From Malacoraja senta (Eukaryota), in assembly GCA_038087875.1 (NCBI GenBank), contig CM075998.1:6450001-6514000 (forward strand): a DNA stretch of 64,000 bases, written 5' to 3'. The stretch's first letter is position 1, and each line of letters starts with the position of its first letter. The position numbers and the translations under genes are program-made. This document shows, piece after piece, positions 51,309 through 63,985 of this stretch. The notes beneath the pieces were generated by a model. That model was given only the letters and a program-made list of their open reading frames with translations. It made no database searches and was not told the origin of the DNA.

Positions 51309-51575
51309 GGGCAGCACAGTGATGCAGCGGTAGAGTTGCTGCCTTACAGCGCCAGAGACCTGGGTTCAATCCGGATTTGTCTGTACGTTCTCCCAGTGAC
51401 CTGCGTGCGTTATCTCCGGTTTCCTCCCACACTCCAAAGACGTACAGTTTTGTAAGTTAATTGGCTTGGTATAATTGTAAATTGTCCCTGGTGTAAGTGT
51501 GTGGGGATCGCTGGTCGGCATGGATTTGGTTGGCCGAAAAGCCTGTTTCTGCGCTGTATCTCTAAACTGAACTAA
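51309..51575 (+). mobile_element. tRNA-derived SINE (V-SINE/HE1-like)
   Basis: GGGCAGCACAGTGATGCAGCGG (A-box like), GGTTCAATCC (B box), central TCCGGTTTCCTCCCACACTCCAAAGAC, and a CR1-like 3' end with an ACTAA-type tail. Confidence 0.82.
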
Positions 51576-51879
51576 ATCTGACTGGGTGACTTTGTTGCAT
51601 CTCCCTTCATGTCGAGTTGTTGGATGGACTTGTGCACCATTGGCAGTTGGGAAATTTCAAATACAGGATGTACAGAGAGAAAGCAAGATGTATTTTGCTG
51701 AGAATTCTTGGATTTTTGGCTAAACTGAACCTTAATGGGAGCCAAATGATAAAACGATTAAAATCTGAAATAAAATCACAGACTGGAGAGATTGCAAGAA
51801 ATGTAGAGAAGTTGCAATTATAGCTTTGTTTGCAGTGACAAAACATCCAGAAATGATGCAAGTACTTTTGTATTATAGG

Positions 51880-52140
51880 TTCATAAATTATAGGAGCAGA
51901 ATTAGGCCGTTCGACCCATCAAGTCTACTCTGCCATTCAATAATGGCTGACCTAACTTTCCCTCTCAACCCCATTCTCCTGCCTTCTCCCCATAACCCCT
52001 GACACCCTCACAGGTAAAAACATTAGAGTAGACTATCTGGCCCCTTAGGACTGCTCTGCCACTCATCAAGATCATGGCTGATCTACTTCAGTGCCATTTC
52101 CCTGCACTATTCCCATATCCCTTGCTTCCCTTAATATCCC
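51880..52140 (-). mobile_element. Two short CR1 3'-end fragments
   Basis: ATAGGAGCAGAATTAGGCC.TTCG.CCC and ATCATGGCTGATC motifs. Confidence 0.7.
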
Positions 52141-52144
52141 ACAC

Positions 52145-52860
52145 TTTTGCTCTCGACCCCTCTTGCCCTGGACAAAGCAAGGACAAAATTCCCCTGGCGC
52201 TTACTTTCAACCCCAACACCTGCCACGTTCAACACGTCACCCATCGCAATCTCTCCAACAAGATTCCAACACCAAAGACAGACACGAAATGCTGGAGTAA
52301 CTCGGCGGGACAGGCAGCATCTCTGGAGAGAAGCAATGGGTGATGTTTCGGATCGAGACCCTTCTTCAGTCTGAACAATGGAGAACCCGGCATGAGGGGA
52401 CCGCTGTGGGGTGGGGGGGGGGGAGAACAAAGGTGGACCTTGTGATGGATACTTTGTAACTTTGTCAGCACCCTTTATGGGGCAACTAGGGAATACATAC
52501 CTTGGGAATGCAAGCAAAGAATTTCACTGACTTGTCACATGTGACGATAAAGTATTCATTCACCTTCCCATGCAGTTAACATTTGTCTTTTCACCTCTTC
52601 CCTTCACACCATCAAACGATCCAAACGGTCTTTCCAGGTGAAGCAGCGACTCGCTTGCACTTCATCCAATTTAGAACATTGCATATGGTGTTCACAATGT
52701 TGTCTTCTCTACATTGGAGAAACTAACTTGTTTTTCACTCTTTCCCAATTCTGACGAAAGTTCCCAGACTTGAGACGTTTCCCAGACTCTTTCTCCCTGC
52801 AGAGTTGCTTCCCTACCTGCTGCATTTTTCCAACAATTTCTGTTTTTATTACAATTTCAT
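52145..52860. mobile_element. Old Penelope remnants plus a - strand pLTR with a hammerhead motif (52277-52372)
   Basis: KDKIPLALTFNP and CSQCCLLYIGET-type remnants; the reverse strand reads CTGAAGAAGGGTCTCGATCCGAAACATCACCC. Confidence 0.7.
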
Positions 52861-53402
52861 CCGTTGGCTTTGAGATCACTTAACTCTGTCTATTGCATGC
52901 CACAACGGGTATTGGGATGGAAACCAAAGCATAATTTAAAGTAATGTTACATTAGCGTTTTAAAAGAATGTAAAAGACCATGGTCAAAATGTAATGAGTG
53001 AAAAACAGTGGTGCCGGGATTGGAATTTTTGGTACTTTGGGGTTCAGCGTCAGTAACTACAATAGTGCAGCATGGATAGCAGAAGATCAGCTGTATCGTG
53101 GCCCAGCACTTGTTTTTGAGCTGTCGTACACTAGGCACTCATTAGTATGACATGTCAGTGACTTGAGTCCTACATCTTTCTGCCCTCCAAAGACATTGCC
53201 AGTTTAGTGTCGAATTCTGGGCTGTGATTGTCAGAGAAAAAAATTAAGCAGAAGTAAAATTAGCGTTGTCATTGGGATATTAATGAGTAGAATGTTTTCA
53301 CATCCATGCATTGCTGGATTTATTCATTTGTTTTAAATATATATACTGGTGGCTGTGTAGGATACAGTTTTAGACACTTTCCTGTGTTTGCACTGAACAT
53401 TA

Positions 53403-53560
53403 GATAGTAACATAGAAAATAGGTGCAGGAGTAGGCCATTCGGCCCCTCGAGCCATCCATTCCATATGATGATGGCTGATCATCCAAAATCAGTCCCCGT
53501 TCCTGCTTTCTCCCCGTATCCCTTGATAAGAGCTATATCTAATTCTCTCTTGAATACATC
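53403..53560 (-). mobile_element. CR1 3'-end fragment
   Basis: CATAGAAAATAGGTGCAGGAGTAGGCCATTCGGCCC. Confidence 0.8.
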
Positions 53561-54106
53561 TCATCTCCATCTTCAATGAGCATCCCCAACAAGAATAAAT
53601 CTAACCGCCACTAGGTGGTTAACAGCGTTACTAATTGCCATGCAGCCCCACCATTCTATACAGTGTAGAAACAGGCCCAACTTGCCCACACCAGCCAACA
53701 GGTCCTGTATATACTAGTCAACACATTTGTATAGCGTCATATCGTTGGAGATATTACAACTTTCAACTTAATAATGGTCAAATAAATATTCTAATCCATA
53801 ATTCAGCTGCCCAGAATAACTGCTTCCTGTGCTATAAAGGGTTGAGATGCAATGATCTCATACAAGGAATTTATAAACCACTAAGATTGATGAACACATC
53901 CAATTAAATGATCTGCCATATCAATGAAGCTCCGACTGAGGTTGAATTCAAAATCCAAATGTTGGCTTCCAGGCTATTAATTTGGCTCAGGCTTACTTGG
54001 AACATGGCCCAGGTTTAAGAGTTCCAGCTCTAGAGAGCTGAGTTAGTTAGATCTAAAAGACTGCGGTTTGAAATTGACACTGCATTTCTTTGCTCCATCG
54101 GATCAG

Positions 54107-54247
54107 GTGTCACGGGAAAATGGAGGACTTCAACTTGCACTACAGATTCCTAAATTGGAGGAGAAGAATAAGAGAAATAAGAGAAGTACGTGCAGTACGT
54201 CATCAAGAGAGGTACAAGCGCATTCTTGTTGATGGAGATATACTGAG
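54107..54247 (+). CDS. spryd3: SPRY domain-containing protein 3, N-terminal coding exon
   Basis: AG acceptor at 54105-54106, GTAATG donor at 54248. From ATG 54120 it reads MEDFNLHYRFLNWRRRIREIREVRAVRHQERYKRILVDGDIL(S), which I recognise as matching vertebrate SPRYD3 (MDDLNLHYRFLNWRRRIREIREVRAFRYQERFKHILVDGDTLS, recalled from memory). Confidence 0.92.
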
Positions 54248-55684
54248 GTAATGTTTCTGTGGAACTGCTTCAATGATCTGCTTAAATGTATGTGTGTTAG
54301 TAGTAAAACTTCTATAATCCATGGTAGAAAGGTTCACCCAAAGTGCAGACTAGATACTGAAGTCAAGCTATAAATTAGCTTGCTAGTTCTGTGGATGTTA
54401 TTAGAATGGGGCAAATGCACCTTTTTCATAGAAAACGGAATTAAGCCATGTTTCTCTGCATTTTTGTTTCATCCTTGCAAACACTGCTGTGTGTTGGTAC
54501 TTTGCCATAGATGGCTGTACTTGAGTACCGAGACGAAGTGTCTCTGCAGTGCTTTGGCAAGCTGTTTTACTGTGGAGCTAAGAAAGAGTTTCTGCAGAGG
54601 AAGAATCAAGGGTAGGTTCCAAATTAACACCAAAAATCACAAAGCTAATGCATTTTGGATTGCCACCAGAGCTACATGTAAATTGTCTTGGGGTTAAACA
54701 GATTGCACAGTTGCAAGTGTGGCTCAGAGAAGGGTACAAAAGTTCTGTTTCACGGGGAACTTGCATCAGTATTGAGGAAAGAGGAAGCTGTTTCCTTGGG
54801 TCAAGCTTCACTTAGAAACTTGGGACCAGTCCTCTGGGGAAATGAAACACAGAATAGACAAAGTAATACCGCGGTTTAGTGATATGGGTAATTCCAACCG
54901 AATGTCTAGTGTGTAATAGTTTCACAGCAAATAGGGTTAAACTGGGGAAAAATATAAATCACAATTAACAGGATGTGAGTGTAACAAACCTATACAAATA
55001 AGTGGGTTTGATCTTGTCATTATAAAGATGTGATGAAGGCTGAACCAAATGTTTCTGAGAACTTAACATTTCAAAAAGACAGGCAGAATTGAAGAGGAGG
55101 AACGGGTAGATTTGATAATAAAGGATGACATTAGTATTGAAATGAGAAAGCCTCTTGGCTTGATCGAAACTATTTGGATGAAGATAAGAAATAACATGGG
55201 GCAGAAAACACTGATGGGAATAGCTGATAGGCCACCTATTAGTACCTGTAATATTTGGCAGAGTAACAATTAAGAAGTAACGGTCTTGATTAAAAGAAAA
55301 GGTAATGCAATAATCATTGGTGAATTTAACCTTTATAAAGACCAGGGAAATGAAATTAGTAAAGGTAGTCCTGAGGATGGATTCATGGAATGTATTGAGA
55401 CAGTTTTCTTCCAAATGCATGTTGTAGAACCAACTAGGGAACAGGCTAGTTTAGATCTGGTTGTGCAGTGAGACAGGGTTAATTAGTAATCTCATATTAA
55501 AGGAGTCTCAATTTTAAAGTGATAGTTTGGAACAAGTTTATATCTTCAATAAAGGCAGTCGTATAGGTATGACGGGTAAGGTAGTTTGAGAAATTTAAAT
55601 TAAACGTATGAAGGTAAAATAGCAGGGTAGGCATTTAAAGAAATACTTAATAATTCTCAAAAGGACACAAGTTGCTGAAGTAAC

Positions 55685-58600
55685 ATAGAAACATAGAAAA
55701 TAGGTGCAGGAGTAGGCCATTCGGCCCTTTGAGCCTGCACCGCCATTCAATATGATCATGGCTGATCATCCAACTCAGTATCCTGTACCTGCTTTCTCTC
55801 CATACCCCCTGATCCCTTTAGCCACAAGGGCCACATCTAACTCCCTCTTAAATATAGCCAATGAACTGGCCTCAACTACCCTCTGTGGCAGAGAGTTCCA
55901 GAGATTCACCACTCACTGTGTAAAAAATGTTTTTCTCATCTCAGTCCTAAAAGATTTCCCCTTTATCCTTAAACTGTGACCTCTTGTTCTGGATTTCCCC
56001 AACATCGGGAACAATCTTCCTGCATCTAGCCTGTCCAACCCCTTAAGAATTTTGTAAGTTTCTATAAGATCCCCCCTCAATCTTCTAAATTCCAGCGAGT
56101 ACAAGCCGAGTCTATCCAGTCTTTCCTCATATGAAAGTCCTGACATCCCGGGAATCAGTCTGGTGAACCTTCTCTGTACTCCCTCTATGGCAAGAATGTC
56201 CTTCCTCAGATTAGGAGACCAAAACTGTACGCAATACTCCAGGTGTGGTCTCACCAAGACCCTGTACAACTGCAGTAGAACCTCCCTGCTCCTATACTCA
56301 AATCCTTTTGCTATGAATGCTAACATACCATTCGCTTTCTTCACTGCCTGCTGCACCTGCATGCCCACTTTCAATGACTGGTGTACCATGACACCCAGGT
56401 CTTGTTCCTAATCGGCCACCATTCAGGTAATAGTCTACTTTCCTGTTTTTGCCACCAAAGTGGACAACCTCACATTTATCCACATTATACTGCATCTGCC
56501 ATGCATTTGCCCACTCACCCAGCCTATCCAAGTCTCCTAGCACCCTCCTCACAGCTAACACTGCCCCCCAGCTTCGTGTCATCCGCAAACTTGGAGATGT
56601 TGCATTCAATTCCCTCGTCCAAATCATTAATATATATTGTAAATAGCTGGGGTACCAGCACTGAGCCTTGCGGTACCCCACTAGTCACTGCCTGCCATTC
56701 TGAAAAGGACCCGTTTACTCCTACTCTTTGCTTCCTGTCTGCCAGCCAGTTCTCTATCCGCATCAATACTGAACCCCCAACACCGTGTGCTTTAAGTTTG
56801 TATATTAATCTCTTATGTGGGACCTTGTCGAAAGCCTTCTGAAAGTCCAGATATAACACATCCACTGGTTCTCCCTTATCCACTCTACTAGTTACATCCT
56901 CGAAAAATTCTATAAGATTCGTCAGACATGATTTACCTTTCATAAATCCATGCTGACTTTGTCCAATGATTTCACCATTTTCCAAATGTGCTGCTATCCC
57001 ATCTTTAATAACTGACTCTAGCAGTTTCCCCAATGTTAGACTAACTGGTCTGTAATTCCCCGTTTTCTCTCTCCCTCCCTTTTTAAAAAGTGGGGTTACA
57101 TTAGCTACCCTCCAATCCTCAGGAACTACTCCAGAATCTAAAGAGTTTTGAAAAATTATCACGAATGCATCCACTATTTCTGGGGCTACTTCCTTAAGTA
57201 CTCTGGGATGCAGCCTATCTGGCCCTGGGGATTTATCGGCCTTTAATCCATTCAATTTACCTAACACCACTTCCCGGCTAACCTGGATTTCACTCAGTTC
57301 CTCCATCTCATTTGACCCCCGGTCCCCTGCTATTTCTGGCAGATTAATTAAGTCTTCCTTAGTGAAGACAGAACCAAAGTAGTTATTCAATTGGTCTGCC
57401 ATGTCCTTGTTCCCCATGATCAATTCACCTGTTTCTGACTGCAAGGGACCTACATTTGTTTTAACTAATCTTTTTCTCTTCACATATCTATAAAAACTTT
57501 TGCAGTCAGTTTTTATGTTCCCTGACAGTTTTCTTTCATAATCTATTTTATCTTTCCTAATTAAACCCTTTGTCCTCCTCTGCTGGACTCTGAACTTCTC
57601 CCAGTCCTCTGGTAGGCTGATTTTTCTGGCTAATTTGTATGCTTCATCTTTTGCTTTGATACTATCCCTGATTTCCCTTGTTATCCACGGATGCACTGCC
57701 TTCCCTGATTTATTCTTTTGTCAAACTGGGATGAACAATTGTTGTAGTTCATCCATGCAGCCTTTAAATGCCTTCCATTGCATATCCACCGTCAACCCTT
57801 TAAGAATCAATTGCCAGTCTATCTTGGCCAATTCCCGTCTCATACCCTCAAAGTTACCTTTCTTTAAGTTCAGATCCCTTGTTTCTGAATTAATTATGTC
57901 ACTCTCCATCCTAATGAAGAACTCAACCATATTATGGTCACTCTTGCCCAAGGGGCCACGCACAACAAGACTGCTAACTAACCCTTCCTTATTACTCAAT
58001 TCCCAGTCTAGAATAGCCTGCTCTCTCGTTGGTTCCTCTACATGTTGATTTAGAAAACTATCCCGCATACATTCCAAGAAATCCTCTTCCTCAGCACCCC
58101 TGCCAATTTGATTCACCCAATCTATATGTAGATTGAAGTCACCCATTATAACTGTTTTACCTTTGTTGCACGCATTTCTAATTTCCTGTTTGATGCCATC
58201 CCCAACTCCACTACTACTGTTAGGTGGCCTGTACACAACTCCCACTAGCGTTTTCTGCCCCTTAGTGTTTTGCAGCTATACCTATATCGATTCCACATTC
58301 TCCAAGCTAATGTCCTTCCTTTCCACTGCGTTAATCTCCTCTCTAACCCGCAATGCTACCCCACCTCCTTTTCCTTTCTCTCTATCCCTCCTGAATATTG
58401 AATATCCCTGGATGTTCAGCTCCCAGCCTTGGTCACCCTGGAGCCATGTCTCCGTGATCCCAACTATATCATAATCATTAATAGCTATCTGCACATTCAA
58501 CTCATCCACCTTATTACGAATGCTCCTTGCATTGAGACACAAAGCCTTCAGGCTTGTTTTTACAACACTCTTACCCCTTATACAATCATGTTGAAAAATG

Positions 58601-58891
58601 GCCCTTTTTGATTTTTGCCCTGGATTTGTCTGCCTACCACTTTTACTTTTCACCTTGCTACCTATTGCTTCTACCCTCATTTTACACCCCTCTCTCTGCT
58701 CACACATTTAAGAAACCCACCACCTCTTATTCTCTGTTTATTATCTTTTTCTTCTTTCCCCACTACATGTTGGGTCTGAGTGCTTCCCTTCTCTGCCTCC
58801 TGCCTCACACACTGTCTAATAGCATTCTCTATTTGAGTCCCTCCCCCCAACCGTTCTAGTTTAAAGTCTCCCCAGTAGCCTTTGCTCAGCC
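55685..58891 (-). mobile_element. CR1 LINE, ORF2 with stops and deletions
   Basis: ORFs 58282..58707, 57721..58245, 56524..57696 and 55913..56389; closely related to 6532-9833. Confidence 0.95.
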
Positions 58892-59062
58892 TAACTCAGC
58901 GGGTCAGGCAGCATCTCTGTACTTGTTCTCACCTAGCCCACAGCTAACAATGGCCTGTTTCCTTTATCATCGTTACTATTTTGCATATCTTTCATTGATG
59001 TGTTCTATATCTCTCCACATCACCGACTATATCTCTCGTTTCCCTTTCCCCTGACTCTCAGT

Positions 59063-59090
59063 CTGAAGAAGGGTCTCGACCGGAAACGTC
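59063..59090 (+). ncRNA. Minimal hammerhead ribozyme motif in a Penelope pLTR (58921-59175)
   Basis: CTGAAGA-A-GGGTCTCGACCG-GAAAC-GTC, with one stem II mismatch. Confidence 0.6.
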
Positions 59091-60651
59091 ACGTCGCTTA
59101 TTCCTTTACTCCGTTGAGTTACTCCAGCTTTTTGTGTCTACCTTTAAACCAGCATCTGCAGTTCTTTCCTACATATCTGTGAAGAACATGGATAGGTGAC
59201 ATTTCAGGGCTTTGTGTCATTTTGTGCATTAACCAGCATATGCAGTTCTTTGTTTCTACCTAATAATTCTCATTATGATGTGTCTGTGGATGCTAAACTT
59301 AAGGTATTAGATAGAAGGGAAAGACTTGTAATGCTCTTAAGAAGTCGTCAGATAAAAGGTTGCAGTACAAGGTAAAAAATATTTACGGGTTCTATGTTAA
59401 CGTATACCCATGTAATAATCTTGCGTTAAATATACAAAAACAGATGTGAAATAGTCTGTTTCCTCATTGGACCACAACATGTAGTTCTTAGAAACTGTCT
59501 TAAATGCATTCCATGAATTTGTCCTCAGGACAACCTTTATTAAGATAAAGAAAGCAAAATAGTCTTAAACATGTCATTGTCGTGTTGGCAAGCTGTAACT
59601 AGCAGGGGTGCCAGGGATCGCCATCTATATTAATGACGTAGTTGAAGGGACCAAGTGATAATTGATCCAACATTTCTGCTGCTTCGTAGGTAGGTGGAAA
59701 AGTGAGTTGTGAGCAGAAGACAAAATCTGCTGAGGAATATAGAATGAGCAAAATTAGGACAGATGAAGCATAAATAGGGAAATATTAGTTTATCCAATTC
59801 AGTAGGTTGAATAGAAACTCAGAGTATTTTAGTGTTGAGGTTTTGGGGAGGATGTTGAGGTTTTGGAGAGGGTGCATAAGAAATTTACCACACCGTTGCC
59901 TGGATTGGAGGGTAATAGCTATAAGGAAAACTTGGATTATTTCCTCTGACGTGCCCGAGGCTGAAGGGAGACCTGATAGAAATATATAAAACTGTGAGAG
60001 GCATAGATAGGGTAGAGAGTCAGAACCTTTTTTCCAGGGTAGAAATGTCAAAGACTAGAGGGTATAGCTTTAAGGTGAGAGGGACAACATTTAAAAGAGA
60101 TGTGTGGGGCAAGGTTTTACACAGAGTGGTGGGTGCCTGAAAACGATAGTGGCATTTGAGGCTTTTAGTTTGGCACCCGGATATGGAGGGATGTGAATTA
60201 AGTGCAGGCAAAGGAGTTTAACTTGGCATCACATAGGGCTGTAGGGCCTGTTCCTGTGCTGTGGGCCGAAGGGCCTGTTCCCGTGCTGTGCTGTTCTATG
60301 TCTTGAGGAAGGTCTGAGCAGAAAAGGCTCTGGAATTTAGAATTAGGAGTTGTATCTCAATAAAACATGCTTGTCAGAGCAGGTGCTGTGAGGATGTTTT
60401 CCTTAAACATGTATATGGACCAGAGGGTCAGGGCCATTTAAGTCTGAGGTGAGGGTGGGATATTGTGGTTTGTGAAATTTTGGCATTCTCTTCACAAATG
60501 ACTGTGGATGCTGTATATTCAAGGGTGAGATAGTCTTTTACAATATTGTGCATTACAGGGTTCTAGGAATCAGGCAGGAAAATGGAGTTGAAGCCAAAGC
60601 TCAGATCTGCAATGATTATGTCGAATGGCAGAGCAGATCCTCTACATCTGC

Positions 60652-61539
60652 AGGTCTGGGTCTGAAGAAGGGTCTCATAGAAACATAGAAAATAGGTGCA
60701 GGAGGAGGCCGTTCGGCCCTTCGAGCCAACACCGCCATTCATTGTGATCATGGCTGATTGTCCCCAATCAATAACCCGTGCCTGCCTTCTCCTCATATCC
60801 CTTGATTCCACTGGCTCCTAGAGCTCTATCTAACTCTCTCTTAAATCCATCCAGTGACTTGGCCTCCACTGCCCTCTGTGGCAGGGAATTCCACAAATTC
60901 ACAACTCTCTGGGTGAAAATGTTTTTTCTCACCCCAGTCCTAAATGTCCTCCCCTTTATTCTAAGACTGTGGCCCCTGGTTCTGTACTCGCCCAACATTG
61001 GGAACATTTTTCCTGCATCTAGCCTGTCCAGTCCTTTTATAATTTTATATGTTTCTCTAAGATCCCCCCCTCATCCTTCTAAACTCCAGTGAATACAAGC
61101 CTAGCCTTTTCAATCTTTCCTCATATGACAGTCCCGCCATCCCAGGAATCAATCTCGTCAACCTACGCTGCACTGCCTCAATCACAAGGATGTCCTTCCT
61201 CAAATTAGGAGACCAAAACTGTACACAATACTCCAGATGTGGTCTCACCAGAACCCTATACAACTGCAGAAGAACTTCTTTACTCCTATACTGAAATCCT
61301 CTTGTTATGAAGGCCAACATTCCATTAGCTTTCTTCACTGCCTGCTGTACCTGTAAGCCAACTTTCAGTGACCGGTGTACAAGGACACCCAGGTCTCGCT
61401 GTACCTCCCCCTTACCTAACCTAACCGCATTGAGATAATAATCTGGCCCCTTGTTTTTGCCATGACCCGAAACGTCGCCTATTCCTTCTCTCCATAGATG
61501 CTGCCTCACCCGCTGAGTTACTCCAGCTTTTTTGTCTAC
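60652..61539 (+). mobile_element. pLTR/hammerhead mini-insertion split by a CR1
   Basis: GGGTCTGAAGAAGGGTCTC | GACCCGAAACGTCGCC; 13-bp TSD CCTCTACATCTGC at 60639-60651 and 61540-61552. Confidence 0.85.
60677..61463 (-). mobile_element. CR1 3' fragment
   Basis: ORFs 61057..61509 and 60768..61007; ATAGAAAC tail. Confidence 0.92.
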
Positions 61540-61974
61540 CCTCTACATCTGCTGTTTTCATTCAGAGACCCGCACAATTGCACCTGAAAGTTCCAAGACT
61601 TTCATTAAGTTCTCATCAGTACTACGGTAAATGGAGATTTTGCCAGTTAGTTAGGGCAACCTTGCCCTTATCTGGTATCTAGGTTCGATACCTTTGAAAT
61701 AGCAACACACCCTATTATGGAAGTTATTGAACTACCTGAGAGTGTGAAAAGCTGATGGCCCATTTATAATCATTCTGCATTTGTGGATACATTACATTCT
61801 TTAAACTGGTGGGTGCTGCAAATACATTTATTTACCTTCAAGTTGGCTCCTAGGTGGTTGGAAATGAATGATTGTGGCAGTGCATTGTAATGGTACTTGG
61901 GACACATTGATGCAGCTGGTAAAACATTGTAAAAGGACAACTGTCGCATCTGGTTTTTGTGATTGAGCCAGTGG

Positions 61975-63985
61975 GCTGTGAAGATACCCTAGCAGGGATG
62001 AAAGTGGAACAACAATGGCAGGTATTTCTGGGAATAATACAGAAGGTGCAGGATCAGTTCATTCCAAAGAGGAAGAAAGATTCCAAGGGCAGTAAGGGGC
62101 GACTGTGGCTGACAAGGGAAGTCAGGGACAATGTAAAAATAAAAGAGAAGTATAACATACCAAATATGTCAGAGGATTGGGTAACTTTTAAAGAGCAACA
62201 GAAGATAACTAAAAAGGCAATACGGGGAGAAAAGATGAGCTATGAAGATAAGCTAGCCAAGAATATAAAGGCTAGTAAAAGCTTCTTTAGGTGTGTGAAG
62301 AGGAAAAATTAGTTAAGACCAAAGTTGGACCCTTGAAGATTGAAAAGGGGGAATTTATAATGGGGAACAAGGAAATGGCAGACGAGTTGAACAGGTACTT
62401 TGGATCCGTCTTCACTAAGGAGGACACAAACAATCTTCCTGATGTACTATTGGCCAGAGGATCTGGGGTGACAGAGGAACTGAAGGAAATGAACATTAGG
62501 CAGGAAATGGTGTTGGGTAGACTGATGGGACTGAAGGCTGAGAAATCCCAAGGGCCTGATGGTCTGCATCCCAGGGTACTTAAGGAAGTGGCTCTAGAAA
62601 TCGTGGATGCATTGGTGATCATTTTCCAATGTTCTATAAATTCAGGATCAGTTCCTGTGGATTGGAGGGTAGCTAATGGTATCTCACTTTTTAAGAAAGG
62701 CGGGAGAGAGAAAACAGGGAATTTTAGACCAGTTAGCCTGACATCGGTGGTGGGGAAGATGCTGGAGTCAATTATAAACGATGAAATAGCAGCACATTTG
62801 GATAGCAATAACAGGATTATTGGATTTACGAAGGGGAAATCATGCTTGACTAATCATCTGGAATTTTTTGAGGATGTAGCTGGGAAAATGGACAAGGCAG
62901 AGCCAGTGGATGTAGTGTACCTGGCCTTTCAGAAAGCATTTGATAAGGTCTCACATAGGAGATTAGTGGGCAAAATTAAGGCACACGGTATTGGGAGTAG
63001 AGTGCTGACATGGATAGAAAATTGGTTGGCAGACAGGAAACAAAGAGTAGCGATTAACGGGTCCCTTTCAGAATGGCAGGCAGTGACTTGTGGGGTACCG
63101 CAAGGCTCGGTGCTGGGACTGCAGCTATTTACAAAATATATTAATGATTTAGATGAAGGGATTAAAAGTAACATTAGCAAATTTTCAGATGACACAAAGC
63201 TGGGTGGCAGTGTGAACTGTGAGGAGGATGCTATGAGGATGCAGGGTGTCTTGGATAGGTTGGGGGAGTGGGCATGGCAGATGCAGTTTAATGTGGTTAA
63301 ATATGAGGTTATCCACTTTCGTGGCAAAAACAGGAAGGCATATTATTATGTAAATGGTGTCAAGTTGGGAAAAGGGGAAGTACAACGGGATCTGGGGTCC
63401 TTGTTCATCAGTCATTGAAAGTAAGCATGCAGGTACAGCAGGCAGTTGAGAAAGCGAATGGCATGTTGGCCTTCATAACAAGAGGAGTTGAGTATAGGAG
63501 CAAAGAGGTCCTTCTGCAGTTGTACAGAGCCCTAGTGAGACCTCACCTGGAGTATTGTGTGCAGTTTTAGTCTCCAAACTTGAGGAAGGACATTCTTGCT
63601 ATTGAGGGAGTGCAGCGTAGGTTCACCAGGTTAATTCCCAGGATGGCGGGACTAACGTATGATGAAAGAATAGAGCGACTGGGCTTGTATACTCTGGAAT
63701 TTAAAAGGATGAGAGGGGATCTTAAAGAAGCATATAAAATTATTAAGGGATTGGGCACGCTAGATGCAGGAAACATGTTCCCGTTGTTGGGGGAGTCCAG
63801 AACCAGGGGCCACAGTTTAAGAATAAGGGGTAGACGATTTAGAACTGAGATGAGGAAAAAAACCTTTTCACCCAGAGAGTTGTGAATTTGTGGAATTCTC
63901 TGCCTCAGAAGGCAGCGGAGGCCGATTCACTTGATGCATTCAAAAGAGAGTTAGATTGAGCTCTTAGGGTTAGCCATGATCATTA
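61975..63985 (+). mobile_element. CR1 ORF2 remnant
   Basis: ORFs 61959..62312, 62291..63418 and 63580..63885. Confidence 0.92.

Larger units (their letters stand above)
55660..59260. mobile_element. Penelope pLTR insertion (inverted plus forward pieces) invaded by a CR1 and a second pLTR
   Basis: 12-bp TSD TAATAATTCTCA at 55648-55659 and 59261-59272; pLTR text GGACACAAGTTGCTGAAGTAAC|TCAGCGGGTCAGGCAGCATCTCTGT|GAAGAACATGGATAGGTGAC. Confidence 0.75.
54960..60300 (+). mobile_element. Old degenerate CR1 pieces (endonuclease 54960-55659; RT and 3' end 59273-60300) flanking younger insertions
   Basis: GNAIIIGEFN and VVEPTREQASLDLV remnants; CR1 RT and 3' hairpin remnants at 59580-60300. Confidence 0.65.

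Noticed and set aside
145..63776. Numerous recurring ORFs antisense to CR1 ORF2 (e.g. 1552..2208, 23256..23648, 62287..62808)
   Set aside because: Shadow frames of repeated CR1 coding sequence, with no independent evidence of coding.
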